A stretch of 64,000 bases of DNA from an uncultured Candidatus Entotheonella sp. (GCA_965215335.1 CBDCDA010000001.1:1088001-1152000), one strand, 5' to 3'; numbered from the stretch's first letter, positions 36,308-46,049 are shown. Notes: generated by a model not told the origin, from the letters alone. Program-made: numbers and translations.

Positions 36308-36337
36308 TTGACCCGTTCAGGCCGCGTCAAGTACAAT
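36308..36337 (+). promoter_or_regulatory. Sigma70-like promoter of the Fur fusion gene
   Basis: TTGACC-18 bp-TACAAT; contains inverted repeat cttgac..gtcaag. Confidence 0.55.
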
Positions 36338-36406
36338 AACCGCGTTTCGCGTCGAGTGTCGCGAATTTCGAGACAACGACGTTTACCCCGCCAAAAAGGT
36401 ATCCCC

Positions 36407-37357
36407 ATGCCTGACGAATTCGAGGTTTTCGAAGATTATCTGCGGAGCCAGAACCTCAAGCACTCCAAGCCCCGCAACGATATTCTGAAGGTGTTCCTCA
36501 CCTCCAGGGGCCACTTCTCGGCGCAGGAACTGCACGAGCAGGTGCGGCAGAAGAACCCGCGGGTCGGCTTCGCCACCGTTTACCGCACCCTGCGGCTGCT
36601 CGAGGCATGCGGCCTGGCACGCTCCATGGACTACGGCGACGGCACCCAGCGCTACGAACCCAACCGCTTCGAGCATCACCACATCATCTGTACCTCCTGC
36701 AACCGCACCATCGAATTTCTCAGCCCGGAGCTGGATTCCCTGCTGCGTCAGGCACAGCAACAGCACGCCTTCATGCCGCAGTCCCACGCGGTGCGCATCC
36801 TCAGCACGTGCACGGACTGCAAGAAGGTGGCGCCGCCATCCAGCCACCACGGCACGGACAAGGAGCTGGAAGTCATCCTCGCCCGCGACGCTCTGGAAAT
36901 GGCCATTACCAATGAGCAGCAAGGTCTGCACTTCTACAACCACGCCCTGGAAGCCACCAGCGACGCCATGACGCGGGAGATCTTTACGCGCCTCGCCGCC
37001 GAGGAGAAGGAGCACCTGGAGGTGCTGCGGGAAGAATTCGACACCCTGCGACAGAGCCACACCTGGCTGAACGACGAACCGGCGTTGTTGCAGTTCGACA
37101 ACGAGCGTCTCGAGAGCATCTTTCCGAAGGGCCGCGAGCACATCCGGCAAATGGTGCGTTCGGCCAGCCCCACCGAGGCCCTGCAGGCGGCGATGGACGC
37201 CGAACGTCGCTCGTATGACTTCTTCCGACACTACGCCAACCAGGTTGACAAGCCGCGCGGCCAAGCCATTTTCGAGCAGTTCGCCAACGAGGAAGAGCGG
37301 CACCTGACGGTCATTCGTGAGGCGTACGACGACCTGCGGGCGCGAGCCAGCCAGTAA
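36407..37357 (+). CDS. fur: Fur-family repressor fused to a C-terminal rubrerythrin/ferritin-like di-iron domain
   Basis: HFSAQEL, ATVYRTLRLL, HHHIICTSC and CTDC (Fur); then AITNEQQGLHFY, EEKEH, AMDAERRSYDFF, EEERH (two E..ExxH sets). Confidence 0.88.
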   Translation: MPDEFEVFEDYLRSQNLKHSKPRNDILKVFLTSRGHFSAQELHEQVRQKNPRVGFATVYRTLRLLEACGLARSMDYGDGTQRYEPNRFEHHHIICTSCNRTIEFLSPELDSLLRQAQQQHAFMPQSHAVRILSTCTDCKKVAPPSSHHGTDKELEVILARDALEMAITNEQQGLHFYNHALEATSDAMTREIFTRLAAEEKEHLEVLREEFDTLRQSHTWLNDEPALLQFDNERLESIFPKGREHIRQMVRSASPTEALQAAMDAERRSYDFFRHYANQVDKPRGQAIFEQFANEEERHLTVIREAYDDLRARASQ

Positions 37358-37419
37358 GTGCCGGCTTACCCACCCTGTTGGACCCTGTTGCTGAACCCAT
37401 CCCGCCGAAGGAGACGAGA

Positions 37420-38619
37420 ATGAACGATGCACACGTGCGACGACCCATCACCCGGCGCGGTTTGCTGAAGGGCCTGGCGGCCTTCGGCGCGGCGGCCTCG
37501 CTGGGGCAGGGGGGTTCGGTTCTGGCGCAGGGCGGTGGGGCGGTGCGCCTCGGCGTGCTGCTGCCGCTTACCGGCGATGCCGACGGTCATGCCAGCCAGA
37601 TGCGCATGGGCGTCGAAACGGCGGTAGCGGAAATCAACGCAGCCGGTGGCGTCTTGGGCCGGCCACTGGAAACGGCGTACCGCGATTCGGAAACGGCCCC
37701 CAACGTCCTGCCCGGGCATTGCCGGGAGCTCGTGCGTGATTGGGGCGCCGCGGCCATCATCGGCCCGTGGGTGGCGGCCGGGCGTCGTTATGCTGCCCGA
37801 GCGCTCGCGGGGTTCAACGTGCCGCTCCTCAACGCCACCAACCACGAGGGCGGCTTTTGCAATCCGGCGTTGTTTTCGCTCGGGCCGACCATGGCGCACG
37901 ACAGCCAGCCGCTGGTGCGCTACCTCGATGCGACCGGGGCGGGCAAGACGTATTTCCTGCTGGGCTCGTATCCGAGCTGGCAAAACAGCATGTTCCGGCG
38001 CCTGCGTTTTACCATCGGGCCACTTGGCGGGCACGTGCAGGGGCAGGCGCTGACGGATACCGGCGAGCGAGACTTCCGGCCCGTCATCCGCTGGATTCGG
38101 GAGAGCGGTGCGGAGGTGGTGATGTTTTGCGTGACCCGGCACCACGGCCGCGAGTTCATCCACCAGGCACGCGAGATGGGGTTGCTGGATCAGGTGACCA
38201 TCGGCTGGATCGGCTTCAACGAGACCCTGGCCGACGGTCTGGATACCGACGAACTGGCGCGTATCGTGACCACCACGCCGTTCGTTGCCAGCGACACCGA
38301 GGGCGGCGTGCCGGCGTTTGTGGCGCGCGTCCGGCGGCTGCACGGTTCGGGGGTGCCGGTCAGCTACATGGCCCTCACGCACTACAACGCCGTGAGGGCT
38401 CTGCAAGCGGCCTGGGAGCAGGCCGGTGACGTCAGCGCGGCGGCGGGGATGAGCAATCTGCGGGGATTGGATTTTGCGTCGCCGACCGGCACGGTTACAA
38501 TCGACGCGGGTACGCAGCACGCCGCCATGCAGGTCATGGTGGCACGGGGCATGGATGGCGGCCTGGGGGTGGTCGAGCGCCTCGGCAACGTTGCCGCCAC
38601 GCCCGGTTGCGGGGCCTGA
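37420..38619 (+). CDS. Tat-exported substrate-binding protein (UrtA/AmiC/LivJ-like)
   Basis: TRRGLL Tat motif, VRLGVLLPLTG, AVAEINAAGGVLGRPLE, SPTGTVTID. Confidence 0.82.
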   Translation: MNDAHVRRPITRRGLLKGLAAFGAAASLGQGGSVLAQGGGAVRLGVLLPLTGDADGHASQMRMGVETAVAEINAAGGVLGRPLETAYRDSETAPNVLPGHCRELVRDWGAAAIIGPWVAAGRRYAARALAGFNVPLLNATNHEGGFCNPALFSLGPTMAHDSQPLVRYLDATGAGKTYFLLGSYPSWQNSMFRRLRFTIGPLGGHVQGQALTDTGERDFRPVIRWIRESGAEVVMFCVTRHHGREFIHQAREMGLLDQVTIGWIGFNETLADGLDTDELARIVTTTPFVASDTEGGVPAFVARVRRLHGSGVPVSYMALTHYNAVRALQAAWEQAGDVSAAAGMSNLRGLDFASPTGTVTIDAGTQHAAMQVMVARGMDGGLGVVERLGNVAATPGCGA

Positions 38620-38643
38620 GCGGCTTGAACAAGGAGGACACGG

Positions 38644-39183
38644 ATGAGCCGTCTATTTGGCAGCATTCTGCAGAACGGTTTCGTGGTGCGCGACATCGAA
38701 GCCGCCATGCGCCACTGGATCGAGGTACTTGACGTCGGGCCGTGGTTCTACTTCGAGCACATACCGTTCATCGATTTTCGATACAAGGGCGAGCCGTCGC
38801 CGGTCGACGTATCGCTCGCCCTCGCCAATTCAGGCAATTTCCAGGTGGAGCTGATCCAGCAGCGCAATGACGCCCCTTCGCTGTACCGGGACTTCATCGC
38901 CGCCGGGCACGAGGGGTTGCAGCACGTCGGCTATGGCACGCAGCGGTTCGACGCCGACGTGGCCCGCCACGTCGGGGCCGGTTACGAAATTGGCCATTCC
39001 GGCAGCGTGGGGGGGCGCGGGGCGTTCGTTTACCTGCTGACCGAGGGGCATCCCGGCACGGTCGTCGAGTTGTTCGACATGAGCAGCGGACGCGCGGCAG
39101 TGTTCGCCGCCATCGCCGAAGCGGCGCGCACGTGGGACGGCAGCGACCCGATTCGCACCAGCCTGCCGCCACACCGGCCCTGA
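38644..39183 (+). CDS. VOC-family protein (glyoxalase / methylmalonyl-CoA epimerase-like)
   Basis: QNGFVVRDIEAAMRHW, GPW, QVELIQQ, GLQHVGY, VVEL. Confidence 0.85.
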   Translation: MSRLFGSILQNGFVVRDIEAAMRHWIEVLDVGPWFYFEHIPFIDFRYKGEPSPVDVSLALANSGNFQVELIQQRNDAPSLYRDFIAAGHEGLQHVGYGTQRFDADVARHVGAGYEIGHSGSVGGRGAFVYLLTEGHPGTVVELFDMSSGRAAVFAAIAEAARTWDGSDPIRTSLPPHRP

Positions 39184-39238
39184 GCGGACCGACCCAGGGA
39201 ACCGACCCAGACCTTACCCGGATCGAAGGAGAGCACGC

Positions 39239-40537
39239 ATGGCACTGGCTCGGTCAGCAGACCACGAGGCCCTGATGGCGCGGGCGCAGCAGTATTTTCC
39301 CGGTGCTTCCAACGGCAACGCGGCCCTGTCGGGGGAGCACGGCTTCGTGATTGCGGGCGGGCGGGGCGCCCACCTTTATGACCCGGATGGCCGCCGCTGG
39401 ATCGACTACCTGCTGGGCTCCGGCCCGATGATCGTCGGCCATGCGCACCCCGAGGTCAACGCCGCGGTGCGGGAGCAACTGGACAGCGGCTCGACGTTCT
39501 TCAACCTGAACGACAAGGCCATCGAACTGGCCGGCGAGATCATCGACGCGGTGGCTTGCGCCGAACAAATTCGTTTCACCTCCACCGGCTCCGAGGCCAC
39601 CTTCTTCGCCCTGCGGGTGGCGCGTGCCTTCCGCGGGCGCGACAAGATCCTCAAGTTCGAGGGCGGCTACCACGGCAACCACGACTATGCCGTCATGAGC
39701 ACCGAGGGGCAGGCGGCGGCGGACGGCCCATACGGCGTACGCGGTTCATCGGGCATTCCCGAGTGCCTGGAGCAGGAGGTATTGATTGCGCCGTTCAACG
39801 ACCTCGAACGCACCACGGCGATCATCGAGCGCCGCCACGACGACCTTGGCGCGGTGATCATCGAGCCGTTCCAGCGCGCCTTGTCGCCGCTGCCCGGATT
39901 CCTCCAGGGGCTGCGCGAGGCAACGGCGCAGTACGGCATTCCGCTGATCTTCGACGAAGTCGTGACGGGGTTCCGGTTCGCCTACGGCGGTGCGCAGGAA
40001 ACCTACGGCGTGGTGCCTGATCTGGCGGCTCTGGGCAAGATCATCGGCGGTGGCTATCCGCTCGCCGCGGTGGTGGGCAGAACGGAGATGATGTCGTATT
40101 TTTCGCAGCCCGACGCGCGCGGCCTGCCGGTCGCCCAGGTCGGCACCCTGAACGGCAATCCGGCCGCCGCGGCGGCCGGTCTGGCAACGCTTGAAATCCT
40201 GCGGCGGCCCGGTTCGTATGAGCGCCTGCGCGAGGTCGGCCAGCGACTGCGAGACCAGTTGCAGGCCACGCTGCGGGAGCACGACGTTCCTGGGCAGGTC
40301 CTCGGCGAGGGGCCCGTCTTTCATCTGGTGTTCACGGGTCAGCCCGTCCGAACGTATCGCGACACCCTGACGGGCGACACCCACAAGAACCGGGTCTTTC
40401 ACGACGCCCTGATGGCGAACGGCGTGCTGAAGCCCTCGGCCAAGGGTTATGCCTCGCTGGTGCACAGCGAGGCGGATCTGGCCGAAACGGCACGGGTGTT
40501 TGATGCCGCCATGGCACAGGTGGCGCGGGTGTCATGA
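39239..40537 (+). CDS. Class III PLP aminotransferase (GSA-aminomutase-like)
   Basis: IDYLLGSGPMIVGHAHP, GGYHG, LIFDEVVTGFR, LGKIIGGGYP, GTLNGNP. Confidence 0.85.
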   Translation: MALARSADHEALMARAQQYFPGASNGNAALSGEHGFVIAGGRGAHLYDPDGRRWIDYLLGSGPMIVGHAHPEVNAAVREQLDSGSTFFNLNDKAIELAGEIIDAVACAEQIRFTSTGSEATFFALRVARAFRGRDKILKFEGGYHGNHDYAVMSTEGQAAADGPYGVRGSSGIPECLEQEVLIAPFNDLERTTAIIERRHDDLGAVIIEPFQRALSPLPGFLQGLREATAQYGIPLIFDEVVTGFRFAYGGAQETYGVVPDLAALGKIIGGGYPLAAVVGRTEMMSYFSQPDARGLPVAQVGTLNGNPAAAAAGLATLEILRRPGSYERLREVGQRLRDQLQATLREHDVPGQVLGEGPVFHLVFTGQPVRTYRDTLTGDTHKNRVFHDALMANGVLKPSAKGYASLVHSEADLAETARVFDAAMAQVARVS

Positions 40538-41641
40538 CGGCCGACAATGGCGTTCAACGGCCTGTTCATCGAGCCGCACGCCGAGCCCGGCGGCGTTGGG
40601 CCGTTGCATGCGGCCGTCACGGACGATCAGGGGCGTCGCAAGCAGGTCGGTCGCCAGAAGCGCGCCGGTCGCCAAGCCGCAGGCCAAGCCAGGGGAGGGC
40701 AGGGTGGCCGCGAGATGCAGGGCCGTCGCGATGCCGATGCCGGCATCCAGCGTTGTGGTCACGACGCACGAAACGCCCCCGGCATGAGCCCGCTCAATGA
40801 TTTTTCGGGCCGGTCGCAGCCCCCCGACCACCATCGGCTTGATGATCAACACTTGCGCAGCACCGGCTTGCAGCACACGCTCTGCCGCCACAACGCCGGT
40901 GACGGCCTCATCGGCGGCTATGGGTGTACGCACGGCCACGCGTACCCGCCGCAGCGCCTCGACATGCCCGCCAGCCACCGGCTGCTCAACGAGTTCGATG
41001 CCGTACGGCTCCAGGGCCTGAATCGTGCGAACGGCCTGTTCGACATCCCACGCGCCGTTGGCGTCGAGGCGCAATTTCAACCGATCCCCTAGCGCCTGCC
41101 GTACCGCCGCAACGCGGTCACATTCCGCCTCCGGGCTTGTCGCCATACCCACCTTCAACTTGACACATCGAAAGCCCGACGCACGTGCCTTTGCCGCCGC
41201 ATCAGCCGCTGATACCGCGTCGGGCAGCGCGATGGTGGCATTGACCGGCACCGTCTCGGACGCTTCCCGGGACAGCCACAGCGCCAGCGGCATGCCCGCG
41301 GCCTGCGCCAGCACATCGCATACCGCCGTGTCGAGAGCGCAACGCACGGCGGCAACGGCGGCGGGATGCAGATGGCTTACCGGCCCGGGGAGCTTCGCCG
41401 CTTCTTCCAGCCGCCTGCCCGGCAACGATGGCCGCACGGCCTCAAGAAGCGTTGCAACGTCGGACCCCGCTTGCAAGTCGCTTCCCGGTACCGGCGCCGC
41501 TTCGCCCAGACCGACCAAGCCCGCATTCGTATGCAATTGGAGCAGAACGCCCCGGTGTTCCGTCTGGGTTCCGCGCACGGTGGCAAACGGCTGACGAAAC
41601 GGTATCCGATACGTCGTCCAGGAGAGTCGGTTCACCTGCAT
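40532..41641 (-). CDS. menC: o-Succinylbenzoate synthase
   Basis: VPVNAT, KLKVG, LRLDANGAW, VEQP, IAADE, IKPMVVGG, CGLATG; within men operon. Confidence 0.88.
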   Translation of the reverse strand: MQVNRLSWTTYRIPFRQPFATVRGTQTEHRGVLLQLHTNAGLVGLGEAAPVPGSDLQAGSDVATLLEAVRPSLPGRRLEEAAKLPGPVSHLHPAAVAAVRCALDTAVCDVLAQAAGMPLALWLSREASETVPVNATIALPDAVSAADAAAKARASGFRCVKLKVGMATSPEAECDRVAAVRQALGDRLKLRLDANGAWDVEQAVRTIQALEPYGIELVEQPVAGGHVEALRRVRVAVRTPIAADEAVTGVVAAERVLQAGAAQVLIIKPMVVGGLRPARKIIERAHAGGVSCVVTTTLDAGIGIATALHLAATLPSPGLACGLATGALLATDLLATPLIVRDGRMQRPNAAGLGVRLDEQAVERHCRPS

Positions 41642-42474
41642 GGCAGTGGCTCGCGTTCGGGCGGGATTGGGGCATGCGCCTGCAGAAAGTCCCGCACGTC
41701 GTCGAATGCCACGGGCTGTTCCAAGTGGATGGCATGGCCAGCATCCGGCACGATACGCACGCGGTTGTGTGGCAGTACGGCCGCCATTTCATTGGCCAGC
41801 CCGCAGTACTTGTCATCCAGCCCCCCTGCCAGCAGCAGGACGGGCAGGCGCAGGCCCCGCAAACGCTGCAGCACCGGCTCCTGCATGCCGGCGCCGAGCC
41901 CCTGCAGGCTGTTGGCAAGACCGTTCGCGGTGTGTTGCAGGCGCTGGGTCCGCAGCGCCTGTCGGACCATGGCCGGCAGGCGCGACTGGGCAGCGAACAA
42001 TGGCAGCGTCTGCCAGTAATCCACAAAGGCCGCCACGCCTTCGTTCCTGATTCGATCCGCCAGCCTGGCGTCCTGGATCACCCGAGCCATCCTGTCATGC
42101 GGGTCCACAATGCCGGGGGAGGCGCTCTCGAGCACGAGTGCCCACACAGATTCCGGTGCCTGCAGGGCGACGCGCATGGCGACCCGGCCGCCCATCGAAT
42201 AGCCCACGATGGCGCAGCGCCGAATGCCCAGGCGGTCCCGCAGCGCCAGGACGTCATCGACGCAGGCTTCCATGTCATAACGCCGCACCTCGGCCGGAGC
42301 GTCGGAGCCACCGTGCCCCAGAAAGTCGGGGCAAACAGTCGTGAACGCCTTCAGGGCAGCCAGATGCGGCGCCCAGGTTGCGCTACTGCCGGTAAATCCG
42401 TGCAGGAATAAAACGGCGGGGCCGCTTCCCTGCACCTCGACGTGGTAAGTCACGCGATTCACGGCGAGGCGCAT
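41632..42474 (-). CDS. menH: SHCHC synthase
   Basis: LHGFTGS, GYSMGGR, LESASPG, SLQGLGAG, GHAIHLEQP. Confidence 0.9.
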   Translation of the reverse strand: MRLAVNRVTYHVEVQGSGPAVLFLHGFTGSSATWAPHLAALKAFTTVCPDFLGHGGSDAPAEVRRYDMEACVDDVLALRDRLGIRRCAIVGYSMGGRVAMRVALQAPESVWALVLESASPGIVDPHDRMARVIQDARLADRIRNEGVAAFVDYWQTLPLFAAQSRLPAMVRQALRTQRLQHTANGLANSLQGLGAGMQEPVLQRLRGLRLPVLLLAGGLDDKYCGLANEMAAVLPHNRVRIVPDAGHAIHLEQPVAFDDVRDFLQAHAPIPPEREPLPCR

Positions 42475-44246
42475 GAGAGTGGCTCTGGTTGGGTTGTCGA
42501 ACGCAGCCGTCGTGACACGGCCTGCCAGAGTTCTCGATGCAGGCGGGCGTTGGCGTCGCGGTTGGTATGGACGGCAATCAGGCTGACGCCCGGGGTGTGG
42601 AAGGCTTTCTCGAGGGCGATGCGAAACGCCGGGCTGTCTTCGGGTTCGCAGTAATCCAGGCCGTAGAGTTGTGCCGCGTGGCGAAAATCCAGGCCGTGCG
42701 GGGTGCCGAACAGGTCTTCGAATGACGCCACAGCCGCGGCCTGCGGCAGGAACGAAAAGATGCCGCCGCCGTCGTTGTGCAGCAGCACGATGCTGGCTTG
42801 CAGCCCGTGCCGCTTGGCGGCCAGCAGGCCGTTCATGTCGTGATAGAGGGAGAGGTCGCCGATGACCAGCACGCAAGGTCCTGGACTCACGGAACTGACG
42901 CCAAGGGCAGTTGACACCACGCCATCGATGCCACTGGCGCCCCGGTTGGCCAGGAATCGGGCACGCCGGGCATCCGCGGCGAAAAAGGTGTCGAGGTCAC
43001 GCACCGGCATGCTGTTGCCGGCGAACAGGGTGACGTCCGGCGGCAGCACCGCGTCCAGTTCGGTGAATACCTTCGGTTCGCTCAACGCCGGGTTGGTGTT
43101 CAGGTGTTCTTGCAGGACGGTGCGTGTCTGCGCGTTCAGCCGTTCCCACTTGCGGCGCCAGGCACTGGCGGTGCTGATACCGCGCCGCGGTATTTTCTCC
43201 AGGGCCGGCAGCAAGGCCTCGCAGAAGGTACAGGCATCGGCTTGTACGCTGTCGGTTGCGACCAGCGCCGGGTCGTGCCACTCGTCCACCGGCGCGATCA
43301 GCATTTGCCGGCAGGCCGTCAAGCTTTGCAAATACAACTGCAAAGGCTTGGAAACCGGCGTGGCGCCAAATCGCAACACGAGGTCCGGCGCCAGGTCGCG
43401 CGCGATTTGCGAGTCGCGCAAAAAGGCGTCGTAACTGTCGACAAGGTACGACATGTCGTGTGCGCCACGGCGCACCTGGGACAACACGTCAGCCAGAAGG
43501 GGAAATTGCAACGCCCGCGACAGGCGCACGACCGCTTCGGGAAAGCCGGGGTCGTCCTGCGGACCGCAAACGATCAGGCCGCGTTGCGCGCTGCGCAATT
43601 GGGCGGCCAATTCCCTTGCGTCAGCAGGGTGAAGCGCCTGCGGTCCTTGCGTGACGGCCACATGCGGCCCTGTGCCTCGTTCGCTTGACGCATGATTTGG
43701 CGCCGCGGGTATCAACGGCTCGCGAAACGGAAAATTGACGTGCACCGGACCGGGACGCCCGGCGCGGCAGTCCGCCATGACACGGCAGGCGGTGGTGCGA
43801 ACGTACCGCACGGCGTGCGGGCCGCCTTCCGGCAGGTGCATCGCGATGCACCTTTTCACATGGCGCCCGTAGAGCCGCGACTGGTCAATGGTTTGCGGGG
43901 CGCCGACCTCCTGCAGTTCCGGAGGACGGTCGGCGGTCAGCACCAGCAGCGGCACGCGGGCATAGAACGCCTCGACGACCGCCGGCGCAAAATTGAGCGT
44001 GGCGGTGCCCGACGTGCCCAGCACCGCCACCGGCTGCCGCGTGGCCTTGGCCTGACCCAGGGCGAAATACGCCGCCGAACGCTCATCGAGGTGCATCCAG
44101 ACCTTGATGGCGGGGTGTTGATGCAGCAGGGTCGCCAAGGGCGTGGAACGCGAGCCGGGACAGATACAGGCGTGCTCCAGACCGCAACGGGCCAATTCAT
44201 CGATGAAGGCATCGACGAACGCGTGCAGCGCATTGGCATGAATCAT
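42459..44246 (-). CDS. menD: SEPHCHC synthase
   Basis: PGSRSTPL, DERSAAYFALG, TSGTA, TADRPPEL, NSMPVRD, NRGASGIDG, GDLS, NDGGGIFSFLP. Confidence 0.95.
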   Translation of the reverse strand: MIHANALHAFVDAFIDELARCGLEHACICPGSRSTPLATLLHQHPAIKVWMHLDERSAAYFALGQAKATRQPVAVLGTSGTATLNFAPAVVEAFYARVPLLVLTADRPPELQEVGAPQTIDQSRLYGRHVKRCIAMHLPEGGPHAVRYVRTTACRVMADCRAGRPGPVHVNFPFREPLIPAAPNHASSERGTGPHVAVTQGPQALHPADARELAAQLRSAQRGLIVCGPQDDPGFPEAVVRLSRALQFPLLADVLSQVRRGAHDMSYLVDSYDAFLRDSQIARDLAPDLVLRFGATPVSKPLQLYLQSLTACRQMLIAPVDEWHDPALVATDSVQADACTFCEALLPALEKIPRRGISTASAWRRKWERLNAQTRTVLQEHLNTNPALSEPKVFTELDAVLPPDVTLFAGNSMPVRDLDTFFAADARRARFLANRGASGIDGVVSTALGVSSVSPGPCVLVIGDLSLYHDMNGLLAAKRHGLQASIVLLHNDGGGIFSFLPQAAAVASFEDLFGTPHGLDFRHAAQLYGLDYCEPEDSPAFRIALEKAFHTPGVSLIAVHTNRDANARLHRELWQAVSRRLRSTTQPEPLSCASP

Positions 44247-45676
44247 GATGCCTGCTCGCTGAGCGCGGCCAGCATGGGACGCAGCTTCAGAGACGATTCC
44301 GCGTATTCCCGGTACGGATCCGAACCCTCCACGATACCGCAGCCGGCATACAGCCAGGCCTCACTGCCGCGAACCAGCGCCGAACGGATGCCGACCACGA
44401 ACTCGCCGCCGCCGCATGCGTCGACCCACCCGACCGGGCCCGCATACCAGCCTCGGCTCATGCCTTCCTGCTGCCGGATCAGCTTGAGCGCTGCATTGCG
44501 GGGGACACCGCCAACGCCAGGTGTCGGGTGCAGCCGCGCCACCAAATCCAGGACATTGGAACCGGCGGCCAGGGTGCCTTGCAACGGTGTGTGCAGGTGC
44601 TGGACGTCGGGCAGCTTGAGCAGGCGAGGGGCATCGGGAACATGCAGCGACAAGCAGTGCGATGACAGGGCTTCACGGAGCGTGCTTACAACCAGGCCGT
44701 GTTCACGACGCTCCTTGTCCGTGTGGAGCAGGGCTTCCCCGAGCCGGCGGTCCGTGTGCTCGGTATCGCCACGCGCCGTCGAACCCGCCAGACAATCCAC
44801 TTGCACGGTCCGTCCGCGCAAGCGAACCAGACGCTCCGGCGTCGCGCCCATCATGCAGGCGGAACCGGTATCGATGGCGAAGAGGGTGTGATGCCCGGTG
44901 GTGGTTGCCAGGCGTTGCAGCGCTATGCCGACATCAAAATCATCTTGTGCCCGAAGGTGTACTTCTCGCGCCAGCACGACTTTCTGCACGGTGCCTCGCC
45001 GAATCGCCAGCACGATGTCACGCACCTGCCGTTCCCACGGGCCGGACCGGTCCCGCATCGGCGTCCGTATCGCCGGCTGCCGGGCGCCGATGGGGCGGGC
45101 ATCCGCGGACATCAAGTCCACCAACTCGGCGATTGCGTCATCAGCCATCGTGGCGGGATCACAGCCTGCCGACGTGTCAAGATTGATCGTACACCAGGTA
45201 GCGTTTTCGGCAGCCAGGAAAAGGAATCGCGGCACGATCAGGAGGGCGTCCGGGTACGCTTTCCAGGCAGGGTTGGAGGGCTCGGCGGGATCGAACGCGA
45301 AGCCGCCGAGGGCCACAGGCGCCGCCAGCGGGTACGAAGGGCAGGTATCGATTCCCGCTTCTGAAACCAATCGGCGGTATGCCAGCCTCACCTGCGAAAA
45401 ACGCGCCTCGCCGCACCCTGTAAACCGAGCGGCGCGCCCGACCGCCGCCATGGCCATACCCGCGTCGAGCTGGTGCCAAAATATGCGGATCTGCTGCTGG
45501 CCTTTAGGGAAAATGGAAAGCGGCGAAATTGGCGGGCATTCGGCCGTCAGGCTGACCAGAAGCGAACGCCCGCGGCGGCCGGCTTCGGCGCGGCCCGATT
45601 GCACCAAGGCGCGAAGGCGAGATGCCAGCGCTTCAATTTCGAACCTGTTCGGGATAAAGGTAGTCGAAGGTTCCAT
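44243..45676 (-). CDS. menF: Isochorismate synthase
   Basis: KVVLARE, GATPERL, LAGS, KERREH, LHPTPGVGG, RGWYAG, YAGCGIVEGSDP; start uncertain (ORF extends to 45778). Confidence 0.9.
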   Translation of the reverse strand: MEPSTTFIPNRFEIEALASRLRALVQSGRAEAGRRGRSLLVSLTAECPPISPLSIFPKGQQQIRIFWHQLDAGMAMAAVGRAARFTGCGEARFSQVRLAYRRLVSEAGIDTCPSYPLAAPVALGGFAFDPAEPSNPAWKAYPDALLIVPRFLFLAAENATWCTINLDTSAGCDPATMADDAIAELVDLMSADARPIGARQPAIRTPMRDRSGPWERQVRDIVLAIRRGTVQKVVLAREVHLRAQDDFDVGIALQRLATTTGHHTLFAIDTGSACMMGATPERLVRLRGRTVQVDCLAGSTARGDTEHTDRRLGEALLHTDKERREHGLVVSTLREALSSHCLSLHVPDAPRLLKLPDVQHLHTPLQGTLAAGSNVLDLVARLHPTPGVGGVPRNAALKLIRQQEGMSRGWYAGPVGWVDACGGGEFVVGIRSALVRGSEAWLYAGCGIVEGSDPYREYAESSLKLRPMLAALSEQAS

Positions 45677-45803
45677 GCGGGCAGAAGCAAGGCGCCGGAA
45701 AAAAGCGGATCGGTACGTGAATGACGAGGCACCTGGAGTAGTCAAACCGAAAGCAGGCCCCGGCAGCGGGATCTGCACGGGGCCCAGAAAGAGCCGGCAC
45801 GAT

Positions 45804-46049
45804 CTAGTTGTTGCCGTCCGTGCTCTCTTCCTCTGTGTTCTCCTCGTCGGTGGTCACGGGGGAGGTGTCTTCCGTCATCTCCGCCTGAGCCACGACGATC
45901 TGGCCGTTTTGCTGCGTATTGGTGGGGTCGGCATCAGCTTGCGCCTTGGGGACATGCGGCCCGCCGCAAATCGAAATACCGGCCACCGCAACACTCGTAA
46001 AGGCGACCAACAGACCCAGTGCCATGATCAGGGCCAGAGCTCTTTTCAC
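45804..46049 (-). CDS. Small secreted acidic protein (81 aa)
   Basis: RBS agaaggag + GTG; Sec signal ending AVA-G; very acidic tail. Confidence 0.7.
   Translation of the reverse strand: MKRALALIMALGLLVAFTSVAVAGISICGGPHVPKAQADADPTNTQQNGQIVVAQAEMTEDTSPVTTDEENTEEESTDGNN

Noticed and set aside
39239..40537. Calling the aminotransferase hemL
   Set aside because: Lacks the PGGVNSPVR N-terminal motif of true HemL (has PGASNGN) and has no hem gene context
44243..45676. Isochorismate synthase as siderophore biosynthesis
   Set aside because: Overlaps menD in a men operon; no entA/B/E, NRPS or Fur box nearby
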